A stretch of DNA of 64,000 nucleotides, from contig CAVXSR010000005.1 in the NCBI GenBank assembly GCA_963764495.1, positions 74,206 through 138,205 on the forward strand. Direction: 5' to 3'. Source of the DNA: Vicinamibacteria bacterium. Its GTDB lineage: Bacteria; Acidobacteriota; Vicinamibacteria; Vicinamibacterales; JAENWD01. Under the pieces are notes generated by a model, which was not told the origin of the DNA, ran no database searches, and saw nothing but the letters and a program-made list of their open reading frames with translations. Of the stretch, positions 40,641 to 50,650 are shown in pieces. Every line of letters starts with the position of its first letter. The stretch's first letter is position 1. The position numbers and the translations under genes are program-made.

Positions 40641-41700
40641 TCACTGACCCAGCCGCTCGGCCAGGAGCTTGCCGGTCGGCGCCAGCACGATGGTTGCGAC
40701 GAACGGCGGTCGCATCTCGGGATCACGCCTGAACTGAAATGGCCCACCCACAAAGCGGACATCGATGAGCCGCACCTGGTGTCCGCCATCGGGCAGCGCG
40801 ATCGACCGCCGGGCCGGCATGCGTGAGAACTTCAGAAACACCTGCGCGGTCTTCGTCCGCTCGGCCGCCGAGATCCACGCATCGGACTCGTTCGCCACCC
40901 ACAGACGATCGGAGTCCGTGAGCCCGTTCAACGAGGTCTGGCGCAGCTCGTAGCCGTCCTGGTACTGGCGAATCAGTTGCCACCGGAACGGAGACAAGAA
41001 AGTTGGGAGCGCCGCGGCCTGCAGGCAGCGCCCTCGCGGGTTGGCGCGCGTCTCGAACGGCGCCGGATGACGGGTGAGCACGGGCGCCGTTTCGCAGGGC
41101 TCGGCGACGCCGTCGGCACGCGTCGTCGCCGCGTGAGCCAGCGCGCGCTGATGGGCATAGGCGCGCGCTCCGTAGAACAGCACGGCGAGGACCAGAACCG
41201 TCCGCGCGATGGCTACGCCCGCGTCCGGCCACCGTCGTGTGGCGGCGACACCCGCGATGAGCAGTCCCCACAGGTAGATGTCGACGATGGGCAGCCAGTC
41301 GACCGCGAACCACGTGTCGCTGAACGGGCTGAGGATTCGCGTCCCGTACCGACGTCGGCAGATCCATCAGCACGTGAAGACTCGCGCCGGCCAGCGCGAT
41401 CCACGCCAGCGATTTCAGTGAGCCGCGCCGGTCGGGATCCATCATCCCCGGCCCGATCCGCAGCGCGACGGCCACGACGACCGCCGTCGCGATCGCGAGC
41501 AGCAGAATCCCGAGCACCCCGTGGGTCGGGCCGCGGTGTGCCTCGAGATAGGGAACGGCGCCCCCGGTGATGGCGCTGACGATGTCGAGGTCAGGGGCGT
41601 TGGACGCGATGATCATCGCGGCCAGCGCGCCCGGCGTGCGTCTGCCGGGGCCGGCACGAAGGAGGGTGAGGCCGGCAAGCGTGTGCGTGATGTTGTCCAA
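40641..41700 (-). pseudogene. YdjM/DUF457-type membrane-bound metal-dependent hydrolase with C-terminal extension; frame broken by one extra base
   Basis: ORFs 40723..41700 (MDNITHTLAG..HRGPTHG..HVLMDLPTS) and 40641..41183 join as ..DLPTS|YGTRILSPFSDTWFAVDWLPIVD.., with an extra base at about 41349. Confidence 0.6.
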
Positions 41701-41717
41701 GGCGCTTTACGACTGCT

Positions 41718-42323
41718 CTACGGAATGACCTTCATCCGGGTTCGGTCCGGGGGGACCTCGATGCCTGGAAGAAGGATGGCGTCCTGACCGGGGCGGGTGA
41801 TCCTCACGTCGTAGGTGTCGGCCGGCAGAACTAGCAGCAGATATCCGAGGCCGGTGATCACGCGTGCCGGCATCGGCCGCGGCTCTCCACTCTTCGAGAC
41901 GGTGACCGCAACGCCCGCGGAGTCGGGCGCGCGCCCGTCCGGCCAGCGAAGCTGCAGCGCGCCGAACGCGTTGGTGAAGTTGATGACCTCGAGGTGTCGG
42001 CCGCCCTCGTCGGGATAGGGCATGATGACCAGCCGCTCGGCCCAGCGAATGCCCACCACCTGTCCGCTCTCCTGCCGCACGGCCTGCACGTCGTAGATGC
42101 CCGGCGGCAGCTCGAGCCTCAGCTCGCCGCCTTCCACCACGCGGCCCGCGTCCGAGGATCCCGACGGCCGGACGCGCAGCCGCGTGTCGGTCGTGACTTC
42201 GCGCGCGCCCTCGAACACGCGGAACTCGGTCCGAATCGGCGCCGCTGCTTGCACGGTCGGCACTGCAGCCGACGTGACGGTGGAGAACAGCGACAAGACG
42301 ACTTCAGCCGCGACGAAGACCAC
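41718..42323 (-). CDS. secreted protein with two PEGA/carboxypeptidase-regulatory-like beta-sandwich repeats, unknown function
   Basis: It has a signal-like N-terminus (VVFVAAEVVLSLFSTVTSAAVPTVQA). The motif is repeated as ..LELPPGIYDVQAV.. and ..LVLPADTYDVRITRPG.. . GTG 42323 sits 6 nt after a perfect TATAAT (42335-42330). Confidence 0.5.
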   Translation of the reverse strand: MVFVAAEVVLSLFSTVTSAAVPTVQAAAPIRTEFRVFEGAREVTTDTRLRVRPSGSSDAGRVVEGGELRLELPPGIYDVQAVRQESGQVVGIRWAERLVIMPYPDEGGRHLEVINFTNAFGALQLRWPDGRAPDSAGVAVTVSKSGEPRPMPARVITGLGYLLLVLPADTYDVRITRPGQDAILLPGIEVPPDRTRMKVIP

Positions 42324-42385
42324 GCGCGAATTATAGCAACCACCCGGCGGCGTCAAGGAGCTGTGCTATCGTACGACCACGGGGC

Positions 42386-43072
42386 ATGGACGTGTTCCTC
42401 ATTCCGGTGGCGCAGGACCGGTACGAGTTGTACTGCGAAATCCCCGAAGAGGATCCGTCCGGCGAAACCCCCGAGCACGATCGCGGCTTCTTTCGCGGGC
42501 TCGTGCAGCGGTTTCGCGAGACGCTCGCGGCGATCGAACGCGAGCGGCATCAGGACGCGGCATCCGAGCCGCCGCGGGGGATGATCCAGCGCATCAAGGG
42601 GCGCTTCCGCCGTGCCATCGCAGAGACGGTCGCCGAACAGCGGCTGCTCTGGCACCTGCGCCGCCAATCACGCGCAACCGCCGTCCATCCATCGGATCTC
42701 GACGATGCGCGGGTCATGCCCGTGGTCAACCGCAACATGAAATCCGACTACGAGAAGCATCGCTGGTGGCTCGCGATCAACACGCTCCTGTTCATCCTCT
42801 CGGGCCTGCTGACGCTGGTACCCGGCCCCAACGTGCTGGCCTACTACTTCGCGTTCCGGCTGGTCGGCCACTTCCTCTCGATGCGCGGCGCGCGGCAGGC
42901 GCTCGATCGTATCGAGTGGCGGACCCGGTCGAGCGCGGAGCTGGGCCGGCTCCGTGCGTTGATCGACGCCGACGGCACCGAGCGGCGCGCGGAGGTCGAA
43001 GCCATTGCCGCCGAACTGCAGCTGGAACACCTGCCGCGCTTCTTCGACCGCGTCGCGTGTCGGACCGCGTGA
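42386..43072 (+). CDS. conserved-looking hypothetical membrane protein (2 predicted TM), unknown function
   Basis: It has good codon bias and an acidic N-terminal domain (MDVFLIPVAQDRYELYCEIPEED..). A hydrophobic hairpin follows (..WWLAINTLLFILSGLLTLVPGPNVLAYYFAFRLVGHFL..). Confidence 0.5.
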   Translation: MDVFLIPVAQDRYELYCEIPEEDPSGETPEHDRGFFRGLVQRFRETLAAIERERHQDAASEPPRGMIQRIKGRFRRAIAETVAEQRLLWHLRRQSRATAVHPSDLDDARVMPVVNRNMKSDYEKHRWWLAINTLLFILSGLLTLVPGPNVLAYYFAFRLVGHFLSMRGARQALDRIEWRTRSSAELGRLRALIDADGTERRAEVEAIAAELQLEHLPRFFDRVACRTA

Positions 43073-43114
43073 TATAGTCACGACGCCGCGACGCGCCTGC
43101 TTCGCGCCACTCTC

Positions 43115-44143
43115 TTGAAGCTTCGCGATCTGGCCGACCGTCTTCACTGCCGCCTCGAAGGCGACGGCGATCTCGACATCACACGCGTGGCGGGCATCGA
43201 AGATGCCGGCCCCGGCGATCTCACCTTTCTCGCCAACCCCAAGTACGCGTCCCTGGTCATCGAGACCCGCGCCTCGGCGATCATCCTGGGCGACGATGCG
43301 CCGGCCGCGCCATGCGCGATGTTGCGCGCCGCGCATCCGTATCGGTCGTTTGCCGACGCCCTGCGCCTGCTCGGCCGGAGCGAGCGGCCGCCGGCCGGCG
43401 TTCATCCGAGCGCGATCGTCGCGCCGGACGCGAGCCTCGGCGCCGATGTCTCGATTGGCCCGCTGGTGGTCGTCGGCGCGAACGCGGACATCGGCGATCG
43501 CGTCGTTCTCCACGCCCACGTCGTGATCGGTCCGGGCGCGCGGATTGGCGCCGACTCGATCCTGCACGCCCGCGTCTCCGTGCGCGATCGTTCAGTGCTG
43601 GGCGCCCGTGTCATCGTGCAGGACGGCGCCGTCATCGGCAGCGACGGCTTCGGGTTCGTCACCGACAGCGACGGACGCCATCACAAGATCCCGCAACAGA
43701 GCATCGTCGTCATCGAGGACGACGTGGAGATTGGCGCGAACACGACGATCGATCGTCCGGCGGTCGGTGAGACGCGGATCGGACGTGGGACGAAAGTCGA
43801 CAATCTGGTGATGATTGCGCACGGTGTCCAGGTGGGCGAGGGGAGCATCCTCGCCGCGCAAGTCGGCATCGCGGGCAGCTCGAAGCTCGGACGCGGCGTC
43901 GTGCTGGCGGGGCAGGTGGGGGTGGCCGGGCACATCGAGATCGGCGATCGCGCCCGCGCCACGGCGCAAACGGGCATTCCGAATTCGGTGGAGCCCGGCG
44001 CGCTCGTGTCGGGCTATCCCGCCATCGACAATCGCGACTGGTTGAAGGCGGTGGCGATCTTCCGGACCCTTCCCGAATTGAAACGGCGACTGACCGATCT
44101 GGTGGGCCGGCTCGAGGCTCTCGAAAAGAGGAACGTGCCATAA
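43115..44143 (+). CDS. lpxD: UDP-3-O-acylglucosamine N-acyltransferase
   Basis: It has a TTG start and contains ..[23 protein letters not shown].. followed by long left-handed beta-helix hexapeptide repeats. Confidence 0.9.
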   Translation: MKLRDLADRLHCRLEGDGDLDITRVAGIEDAGPGDLTFLANPKYASLVIETRASAIILGDDAPAAPCAMLRAAHPYRSFADALRLLGRSERPPAGVHPSAIVAPDASLGADVSIGPLVVVGANADIGDRVVLHAHVVIGPGARIGADSILHARVSVRDRSVLGARVIVQDGAVIGSDGFGFVTDSDGRHHKIPQQSIVVIEDDVEIGANTTIDRPAVGETRIGRGTKVDNLVMIAHGVQVGEGSILAAQVGIAGSSKLGRGVVLAGQVGVAGHIEIGDRARATAQTGIPNSVEPGALVSGYPAIDNRDWLKAVAIFRTLPELKRRLTDLVGRLEALEKRNVP

Positions 44144-44151
44144 TCGCAAGA

Positions 44152-45529
44152 ATGCCTGATCGCTGCCCGACCCGCCGAGTGCGTCGTCGGCTGACGTGCG
44201 TTGTGACCCTGTGGACGGCAATCGCCGTCCTCCTCGTGTCCGCGCCGCTTCCCGCCGCAGTACCGCCTCCGAAGCTCGACTACCGCATCACGACGCTGCC
44301 GAACGGCCTCACGGTCGTGCTGCTCGAGGATCATTCGACGCCGATCGCCCACGTTCAGATCTGGTACCACGTGGGCTCGAAAGACGAACGGGCCGGCCGC
44401 ACCGGCTTCGCCCATCTCTTCGAGCACATGATGTTCAAGGGATCGAAGAACGTCGAGTCCGAGGCGCACACGTCTGTACATCTCGAGCGTCGGCGGCCAG
44501 AGCAACGCCTACACGCTCGAAGACGTCACGGTCTACTGGGAAACGGCGCCGGCCCAGTATCTGCCGCTGATGCTGTGGCTCGAAGCCGACCGGATGGCGA
44601 CGTTGCGCGTCGACGAAGACACGTTTCAGCGCGAGCGCCTGGTCGTCAAGGAAGAGCGCCGGATGAAGGTCGAGAACCAGCCGTACGGCCGGTTGTCCGA
44701 GCTGATTTACAACCAGGCGTTCACCGTTCACCCCTACAAGCACCCGATCATCGGCAGCATGGAAGATCTCGAGGCGGCATCGATCGAGGATGTGCGCGCG
44801 TTCTTCCGCACTTACTACGTGCCGACCAATGCGACGCTCACCATCGTGGGCGATTTCGATCCCGATCAGGCGACGCGCATGGTGGAGCAGTACTTCGGCC
44901 GCATTCCGAGGCCGCAGAATGCCGTGCCGCGCGACATCCCGGTCGAGCCGCCGATGACCAAGGAGAAGCGCGTCACGCTGGAGCAGCCGTGGCCGCTTCC
45001 GGCGGTCGTCGTCGCGCACCACATCACCTTCGACGGCGACCCCGACTCCTATCCGCTGCACATGGCGTCGAAGATCCTGTCCGACGGACAGAGCTCGCGC
45101 ATCTATCGAAAGCTGGTCTACGACACCGGGTTGGCGCTCACGGCCTTCGGCGGCGGCAACATCATCGAGCATCCGAACCTGTTTTTCGCGGTCGGCATCG
45201 TGCAGCCCGGGCACACGCCGGAAGAAGTCGAGAAGGCGCTGATTGCCGAGCTCGACCGGATGACATCAGAGCCGGTGAGCGCCCACGAGCTCGAGCGCGC
45301 GAAGAACCAGTTCGCGCGCGACTACATTCTCGGTCGCGAGACGATTCAGGAGAAGGCCTCGCAGCTCGCACACGCCGTTGTCATCCACAACGACATTCGG
45401 ACGGCGGACGGCGAGTTCAACATCTTTCAGGGCATCACGGCCGAGGACATCCAGCGCGTGGCGAAGAAGTATTTCACGCCGGCCAATCGCCTTGTCCTGA
45501 CGATCATGCCGAGGGCGGCGACTCAATGA
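44152..45529 (+). pseudogene. M16 (insulinase/pitrilysin) family zinc peptidase, catalytic-type subunit; frame broken by one extra base
   Basis: It has a signal peptide and the HxxEH motif (GFAHLFEHMMFKGS). Frame 1 up to ..ESEAHTS continues in frame 2 as ..ISSVGGQSNAYTLEDVTVYWETAPAQYLPLMLWLEADR.., with an extra base at about 44476-44479. Confidence 0.7.
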
Positions 45530-47082
45530 AGGACGAAGGACGAGGGACGAAGGACGAAGGGGTAGGGGCGCACTGCGTGCGCCCTGGACGAGCCGCGCGC
45601 CGCGTGATGGCGATGGCGCTCGCGCTGGGCGCGCTGCCGGGCGTCGCTTCCGCGCAGGTGACGTCGTGGCCAACGGAGCGGCCGCCGTTGGCGTTACCGG
45701 CACGCGACGTCAAGTTCCCGCCGTACGAGATCCGGACGCTCGCGAACGGCTTGCAGATTGTGGTCGTCCAGCACCATGAGCAACCGGTGGTCACGCTGCG
45801 ACTGCTGGTGCGGGCCGGCGCCTCGTCGGATCCCGACAACAAGCAGGGGACGGCCGTGCTGACGGCGGCGTTGCTCGATCAAGGCACGACCACCAGGTCG
45901 GCCGCCCAGATCGCCGACACGATTGACACGGTGGGCGGTGGTCTCGGCACTGGCGCCGGAACCGATCTGTCGTTCACCAACGTGCTGGTGATGAAGGACA
46001 GCCTCAGACTGGGATTCGAGCTCCTGAGCGACGTCGCGAGAAACCCGGCGTTCAGCCCGGAAGAGCTCGAGCGGCAGCGGCAACAGGCGCTCTCAGGGCT
46101 GAAAGTGAGCTACGAGGATCCGGATTACGTCGCCGGCCTCGTGTTCGATCGGCTGGTCTACGGCTTCCACCCGTACGGCATGCCGAACAACGGCACGCTG
46201 GAATCGTTGCAGTCGATTACGGCGGACGATCTGCGCGCCTTCCATCACGCCCATTACACGCCGAACAATTCGATACTCGCCGTCGTCGGCGACATCGCAC
46301 CGGACGAGGCGTTTGCGGACGCCGAACGTGTGCTCGGCAGCTGGCAACGACGAGCGGTTGCGCCAGTGCCCCAGGCCAAGCCGCCGGATCCAACGCGCCG
46401 TGTCGTGGTCATCAACAAGCCCGATTCGGTTCAGACCGAGCTTCGTGTCGGTCAGCTCGCCATCCCGCGGAAGCATCCCGATTACCTGGCCTATGACCTC
46501 GCCATGAAGATCCTCGGCGGGGAAGGGGCGAACCGGTTGCACCGCGTGCTCCGGTCGGAGCGCGGCCTGACCTACGGCGCGTCAGCCGAGTATCAGGCGC
46601 TCCAGCAGGCCGGCGATTTCGCCGCGGACACGGACACCCGATCCGAGACGACCGCCGAGGCGCTGCGGCTGATTGTCGACGAGATCACGAAGCTGCAGCG
46701 CGAGCGCGTGTCGTCTCGCGAGCTGGCCGATGCGCAGGCCTACCTCGAAGGCAGTTTTCCGCTCACGATCGAGACGCCGGACGCGATCGCCGCGCAGGTG
46801 CTGAACGCCATCTTCTATGGATTGCCCCTGAGCGACATCGAGAACTACCGCGACCTGGTGAACGAGATCACGCCCGACGACATCCAACGCGTCGCACGGC
46901 AGTACCTGAAGCCCGACCGGCTGTCAGTGGTGCTCGTCGGCAACGCCGATGCCTTCGTGAAGGATCTGGCCGGTGTCGGGTTTCCTCAGTACGAACTGGT
47001 CAACTTGCCTGAGCTCGATTTGACCTCCGCGACCCTGCACCGGCGGCCGCGGACGGCGTCAGGGCCTCGCGGCGCACCATAA
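45526..47082 (+). CDS. M16 family peptidase, non-catalytic-type partner (no HxxEH)
   Basis: It contains ..YEIRTLANGLQIVVVQHHEQPVVTLRLLVRAGASSD.. and ..AFHHAHYTPNNSILAVVGD.. . ATG 45526 overlaps the upstream stop. The first ~12 codons are a heptamer-repeat element, so the real start may be the MAMALALG.. Met. Confidence 0.75.
   Translation: MKDEGRGTKDEGVGAHCVRPGRAARRVMAMALALGALPGVASAQVTSWPTERPPLALPARDVKFPPYEIRTLANGLQIVVVQHHEQPVVTLRLLVRAGASSDPDNKQGTAVLTAALLDQGTTTRSAAQIADTIDTVGGGLGTGAGTDLSFTNVLVMKDSLRLGFELLSDVARNPAFSPEELERQRQQALSGLKVSYEDPDYVAGLVFDRLVYGFHPYGMPNNGTLESLQSITADDLRAFHHAHYTPNNSILAVVGDIAPDEAFADAERVLGSWQRRAVAPVPQAKPPDPTRRVVVINKPDSVQTELRVGQLAIPRKHPDYLAYDLAMKILGGEGANRLHRVLRSERGLTYGASAEYQALQQAGDFAADTDTRSETTAEALRLIVDEITKLQRERVSSRELADAQAYLEGSFPLTIETPDAIAAQVLNAIFYGLPLSDIENYRDLVNEITPDDIQRVARQYLKPDRLSVVLVGNADAFVKDLAGVGFPQYELVNLPELDLTSATLHRRPRTASGPRGAP
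45527..45590. repeat. family D (GGACGAA heptamers plus hairpin) at the 5' end of the second M16 gene
   Basis: The sequence reads gaaggac gaaggac gagggac gaaggac gaagggg, then AGGGGCGCAC-tgc-GTGCGCCCT. Confidence 0.65.
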
Positions 47083-47116
47083 CGGGGAGCCGCGGTCCGA
47101 AGCGTTCCTCTGACGC

Positions 47117-48245
47117 ATGCCCACAGTCATGGTGTCCTGCGGCGAGGCGTCCGGCGACCTGTACGCCGGCGCGCTCGCGACGGAATTACAGCGCCTCGCG
47201 CCGGGCACGCGTGTTTTCGGACTTGGTGGTCCGCGCCTGGCCGAGTCCGGCGCTGAACTGATTGGCGACTACCGCGGCCTCGCGGTGACCGGCCTGACCG
47301 AAGCGCTGCGCGTGCTGCCGCGCTCGTTCGGGATGCTCCGCCGCCTGCGGGCCAGGATGGTGAACGATCGTCCCGATGTCCTGGTGGCCGTCGACTTTCC
47401 CGACTTCAACTTCGGTCTCGCGCGGAGCGCGCGGAAGCTCGGGGTTCCAGTGGTCTATTACATCAGCCCGCAGCTGTGGGCCTGGCGGCCGGGTCGGATT
47501 CAAACGATGAAGGCGATTGTGACGAAGGTGCTGATCATCTTCCCCTTCGAGCAGCAAATCTACGAACGTGCGGGGATCCCGGTCGAATTCGTCGGCCACC
47601 CGCTGATCGATCTCATCCGCGTCACCACGGATCGCAAGGATCTGCTCGAGATCGCACGGCCTCGATGGGGAGGCGCCGACGGTGGCGCTGCTACCGGGCA
47701 GCCGACCCAACGAGGTGCGCGCCATCCTGCCGATCCTGGTGGCCTCCGTCGCCTCGGTTCGTGCGCAGATTCCCAACGTGCAGTTCGTCATCGCGCGCGC
47801 GCCGAACCTCGCGTCGTCGCTCTTCGCATCGCTGGCATCGTCGAATGGCGTCGCGATCGTCGAAGGACGGGCAGACGATGTGCTGAACGCCTGCGACGTG
47901 GTGGTGACCGCATCGGGGACGGCGACGGTGCAGGCCGCGCTTCATCAACGGCCGATGGTCATCGTGTACCGGCTGTCCCCGCTCACGTATCTCCTGGGCC
48001 GGCGGTTCGTGACGCTCGACACGTTCGGGATGGTCAATCTCGTGTCGGGGCGGCGAATCGTGCCCGAGCTGATGCAGGATGACTTCACGCCCCAGCGCGT
48101 CGGCGAGGAAGTGCGGTCGCTCCTGAGTGACGGCGCCCGCGCCGAGGCTATGCGCGCCGACCTGCGCGACATGCGATCCAGGCTCGGGGACCCCGGTGCA
48201 ACCCGTCGCGCCGCGGCCGCGGTGCTCGCGGTTGCGCGCGGTTGA
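47117..48245 (+). pseudogene. lpxB: lipid-A-disaccharide synthase; frame broken by one extra base
   Basis: The first ORF contains ..VSCGEASGDLYAGALATEL.. and ..YYISPQLWAWRPGR.. . ORFs 47117..48082 and 47682..48245 join as ..DLLEIA|GLDGEAPTVALLPGSRPNEV.., with an extra base at about 47657. Confidence 0.75.
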
Positions 48246-48288
48246 GAACAGCAGGCCCTTCGACCGGCTCAGGGCAGGGAGGAATTTC

Positions 48289-48855
48289 GTGAGGCAACGA
48301 GCAGCAGCGTGGCTGATCGCTGGAATGTTGATCGTCGGCGGGTTCCGCGTTGTGTCGGCAATGACCTACGTGTCGATGGACTTTCCGACACTGGTTGGAC
48401 AGGCGCACGCCATCGCTGTCGGTCGTGTCGTTGCCGTGCAGCCCCGATGGCGTGACGGGCGTCGCGGGATCGAGACGGCGTTGACCGTCGACGTGGAGCA
48501 ATACCTCAAGGGGGATCTGGGCAAGACGATCACCCTTGCGGTGCCCGGCGGCCAATTGGGGCGCTACCGAAGCGTGATGCCAGGCGCTCCCGTTTTCGCG
48601 GAGGGTGAGGACCTCGTGCTCTTCCTGGCCGCGGACGCGCCGAGCGGCGCCCACGTGCTCGGTCTTGGCCAGGGTGTCTTCCGGATCATGACCGACCGTG
48701 CGAGCGGCAGCCGGCTGGTCGTGCCGGAGATTCTTTCGACGGCGCAGGCGGGTGCCACACGAATCGTTCGCGGTGATCTCGCCAGACGTCCGCTGCCACT
48801 CGACCAGTTCGCAGCTGCCGTACGCACGGCTCTGCGCCAGCGAGCTGGCCGATGA
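48289..48855 (+). CDS. secreted protein of unknown function, first gene of the matrixin operon
   Basis: An AGGGAGG SD lies 6 nt before GTG 48289. It has a signal/TM segment (AAWLIAGMLIVGGFRVVSA). Its stop overlaps the next ATG (ATGA). Confidence 0.55.
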   Translation: MRQRAAAWLIAGMLIVGGFRVVSAMTYVSMDFPTLVGQAHAIAVGRVVAVQPRWRDGRRGIETALTVDVEQYLKGDLGKTITLAVPGGQLGRYRSVMPGAPVFAEGEDLVLFLAADAPSGAHVLGLGQGVFRIMTDRASGSRLVVPEILSTAQAGATRIVRGDLARRPLPLDQFAAAVRTALRQRAGR

Positions 48856-49859
48856 CCCTGCGCCGGCCGATCGTTCGAGCGGTCCTCGCTGTGATGCTCG
48901 CGTGCGGGGCGATCGTTCCCACCAACGCGTACCTGAAGCTTGGCACGATGATCAACGGCCGCACGCAGACGGCGCGATGGGGGACGATGCCCATCCGGTA
49001 TTTCGTGAACGACGAGGGAGCGGCTGGCGTCAGCGTTGACGACTTCCGCGGGGCCATATCGCAGGGTTTCTCGACCTGGGAAAGTGTGCCCGGCGCGTCG
49101 ATCCGCTTCGAGTTCGCCGGCTTCACCGGTGCCGAGCCGCTCGACGACGACGGGATGAGCACGATGGGATTTCGAGCCCGATCCGATCTGGATCGGACGC
49201 TGGCCGCGACCGAGTTCCTCATCGATACGACGACGGGAGAGATTCTCGAGTCGGACGTGTTCTTCAACTCGTCGTTCCCATGGTCGGCGGCGCCAGGCGG
49301 AACGCCCGGGCGCTACGATCTGCAATCGATCGCAACGCACGAGGGTGGGCACTTCGTCGGTCTCGGGCACTCGGCACTCGGCGAAACGGAGCTGTCGAGC
49401 GGAAGCCGCCGATTGCTTGCGGCCGGCGCCGTGATGTTCCCCATTGCCTTCTCCGCCGGGGACATCAGCGGGCGCACGCTTCGCCCCGACGACGTCGCAG
49501 GCGTCTCGGACATCTATCCGAACGCGACGTTTCGCGATGCGACAGGCTCGCTGCAGGGGAAGGTCACCAAGAACGATCAGGGCGTCTTCGGCGCGCACGT
49601 CATCGCATTCAACGTGGCGACGGGCGAGCTCGTTGCCGGATTCACGCTTGATGCCTCGGGCGGATTCGTGGTGGCCGGCCTGGTTGCCGGCACGTACGTC
49701 GTCCGGGTGGAACCCCTGGACGATGGTGATGTGAACGGGTTCTTCGATGGGACGACGCCGGTCGATACCGACTTTCGTGCCGCCTTCTATCAGACGCTGG
49801 TCACCATCAGCGCGGGCGCCGGGAGCCCGATGATCAACCTGACGGTGTCGCCGAAGTGA
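48852..49859 (+). CDS. matrixin-like (M10) zinc metalloprotease with C-terminal carboxypeptidase-regulatory-like domain
   Basis: It has a signal peptide, the zinc motif HEGGHFVGLGHS (HExxHxxGxxH), a Met-turn (..GAVMFP..) and a C-terminal ..GLVAGTYVVRVEPLDDG.. segment. No cysteine-switch propeptide is visible. Confidence 0.75.
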   Translation: MTLRRPIVRAVLAVMLACGAIVPTNAYLKLGTMINGRTQTARWGTMPIRYFVNDEGAAGVSVDDFRGAISQGFSTWESVPGASIRFEFAGFTGAEPLDDDGMSTMGFRARSDLDRTLAATEFLIDTTTGEILESDVFFNSSFPWSAAPGGTPGRYDLQSIATHEGGHFVGLGHSALGETELSSGSRRLLAAGAVMFPIAFSAGDISGRTLRPDDVAGVSDIYPNATFRDATGSLQGKVTKNDQGVFGAHVIAFNVATGELVAGFTLDASGGFVVAGLVAGTYVVRVEPLDDGDVNGFFDGTTPVDTDFRAAFYQTLVTISAGAGSPMINLTVSPK

Positions 49860-50578
49860 AGGGCGCCGCGGGCCTCTACACATTCGTCACGCTGCTGTGT
49901 GGATCGGCGACGATCGCCGTTGCGCAGGATGCCGCGCCGCGTCCGCGGTCATTCGAGGTATCGGCGAGCGCTCTCGCGCTTGGTGGCGTCGATTTTGGCA
50001 GCCAGAACGCGAACCTCACGGCCAACGATCCCGGGAATCCTGATTTCATCCTGTTCGCGACCTCGAGCCAGCTCGACACCGGGGCGGGTCTCGATGCGCG
50101 CGTGACGTTCAATCTGTCGCGGACATTTGCGATCGAGGGCGCGTTCACGTGGACGCGGCAGACGGCGGAGACGGCAGTCACCTCCGACAGCGAGGCGGTG
50201 CCCAACATCACGCTGACGCAGGACTTGTCCACCTACTTCGTGGAAGCCGCGACAGTCGTGCACCTTCACGGCCTCCAGTTCGCCCATGGACGAGGCCTGC
50301 CGTTCGTCTTCGCTGGCGGCGGATATCTACGGCAGCTCGACGGCGAGTCGATCCTCGTCGATACGGGAACCGTGTTCGATGCCGGAGGCGGCGTGAAGTA
50401 TTTCTTTGCGACGCGGCCGCACGGATTGGTGCGCGCCATCGGTGTGCGCGCCGATGGCCGGATTTACGTGCGCTCGGGAGGGCTCGATCTGAGCGCTGAC
50501 GAGGGACGAGGAACGGAGGACGAAGGACGATGGCGGCCGACGTGGGGCATGGCGGCCGGCCTGGTCGTGCGCTTCTGA
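49856..50578 (+). CDS. outer-membrane beta-barrel protein (translationally coupled to the matrixin gene)
   Basis: GTG 49856 overlaps the upstream TGA. It has a signal peptide (..ATIAVAQD), an amphipathic strand pattern and a terminal ..GLVVRF. A heptamer-repeat insert encodes ..ADEGRGTEDEGR.. near the C-terminus. Confidence 0.6.
   Translation: MKGAAGLYTFVTLLCGSATIAVAQDAAPRPRSFEVSASALALGGVDFGSQNANLTANDPGNPDFILFATSSQLDTGAGLDARVTFNLSRTFAIEGAFTWTRQTAETAVTSDSEAVPNITLTQDLSTYFVEAATVVHLHGLQFAHGRGLPFVFAGGGYLRQLDGESILVDTGTVFDAGGGVKYFFATRPHGLVRAIGVRADGRIYVRSGGLDLSADEGRGTEDEGRWRPTWGMAAGLVVRF
50495..50545. repeat. family D heptamer element inside the OMP CDS
   Basis: The sequence gacgagggacgaggaacggaggacgaaggacgatgg encodes DEGRGTEDEGR, compared with DEGRGTKDEG at 45527. 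Confidence 0.6.
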
Positions 50579-50590
50579 GCCCGGTGATGT

Positions 50591-50650
50591 GGAGGCGGGC
50601 CTTCAGGCCCGCATCTGCCGCTGAAAGCAGGGCTAAAGCCCCGCCTCCAC
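50591..50650. repeat. family A cluster between the OMP gene and thrC
   Basis: It contains gcgggccTTCAggcccgc and ..gggcTAAAgccccgcctccac. The latter contains the thrC stop. Confidence 0.85.

Noticed and set aside
44152-47082. A 976 aa ORF suggesting one fused double-M16 peptidase
   Set aside because: Residues ~110-460 of that ORF are nonsense. The real first peptidase continues in frame 2 (44570..45529) after a 1 nt insertion, and a second gene starts at 45526.
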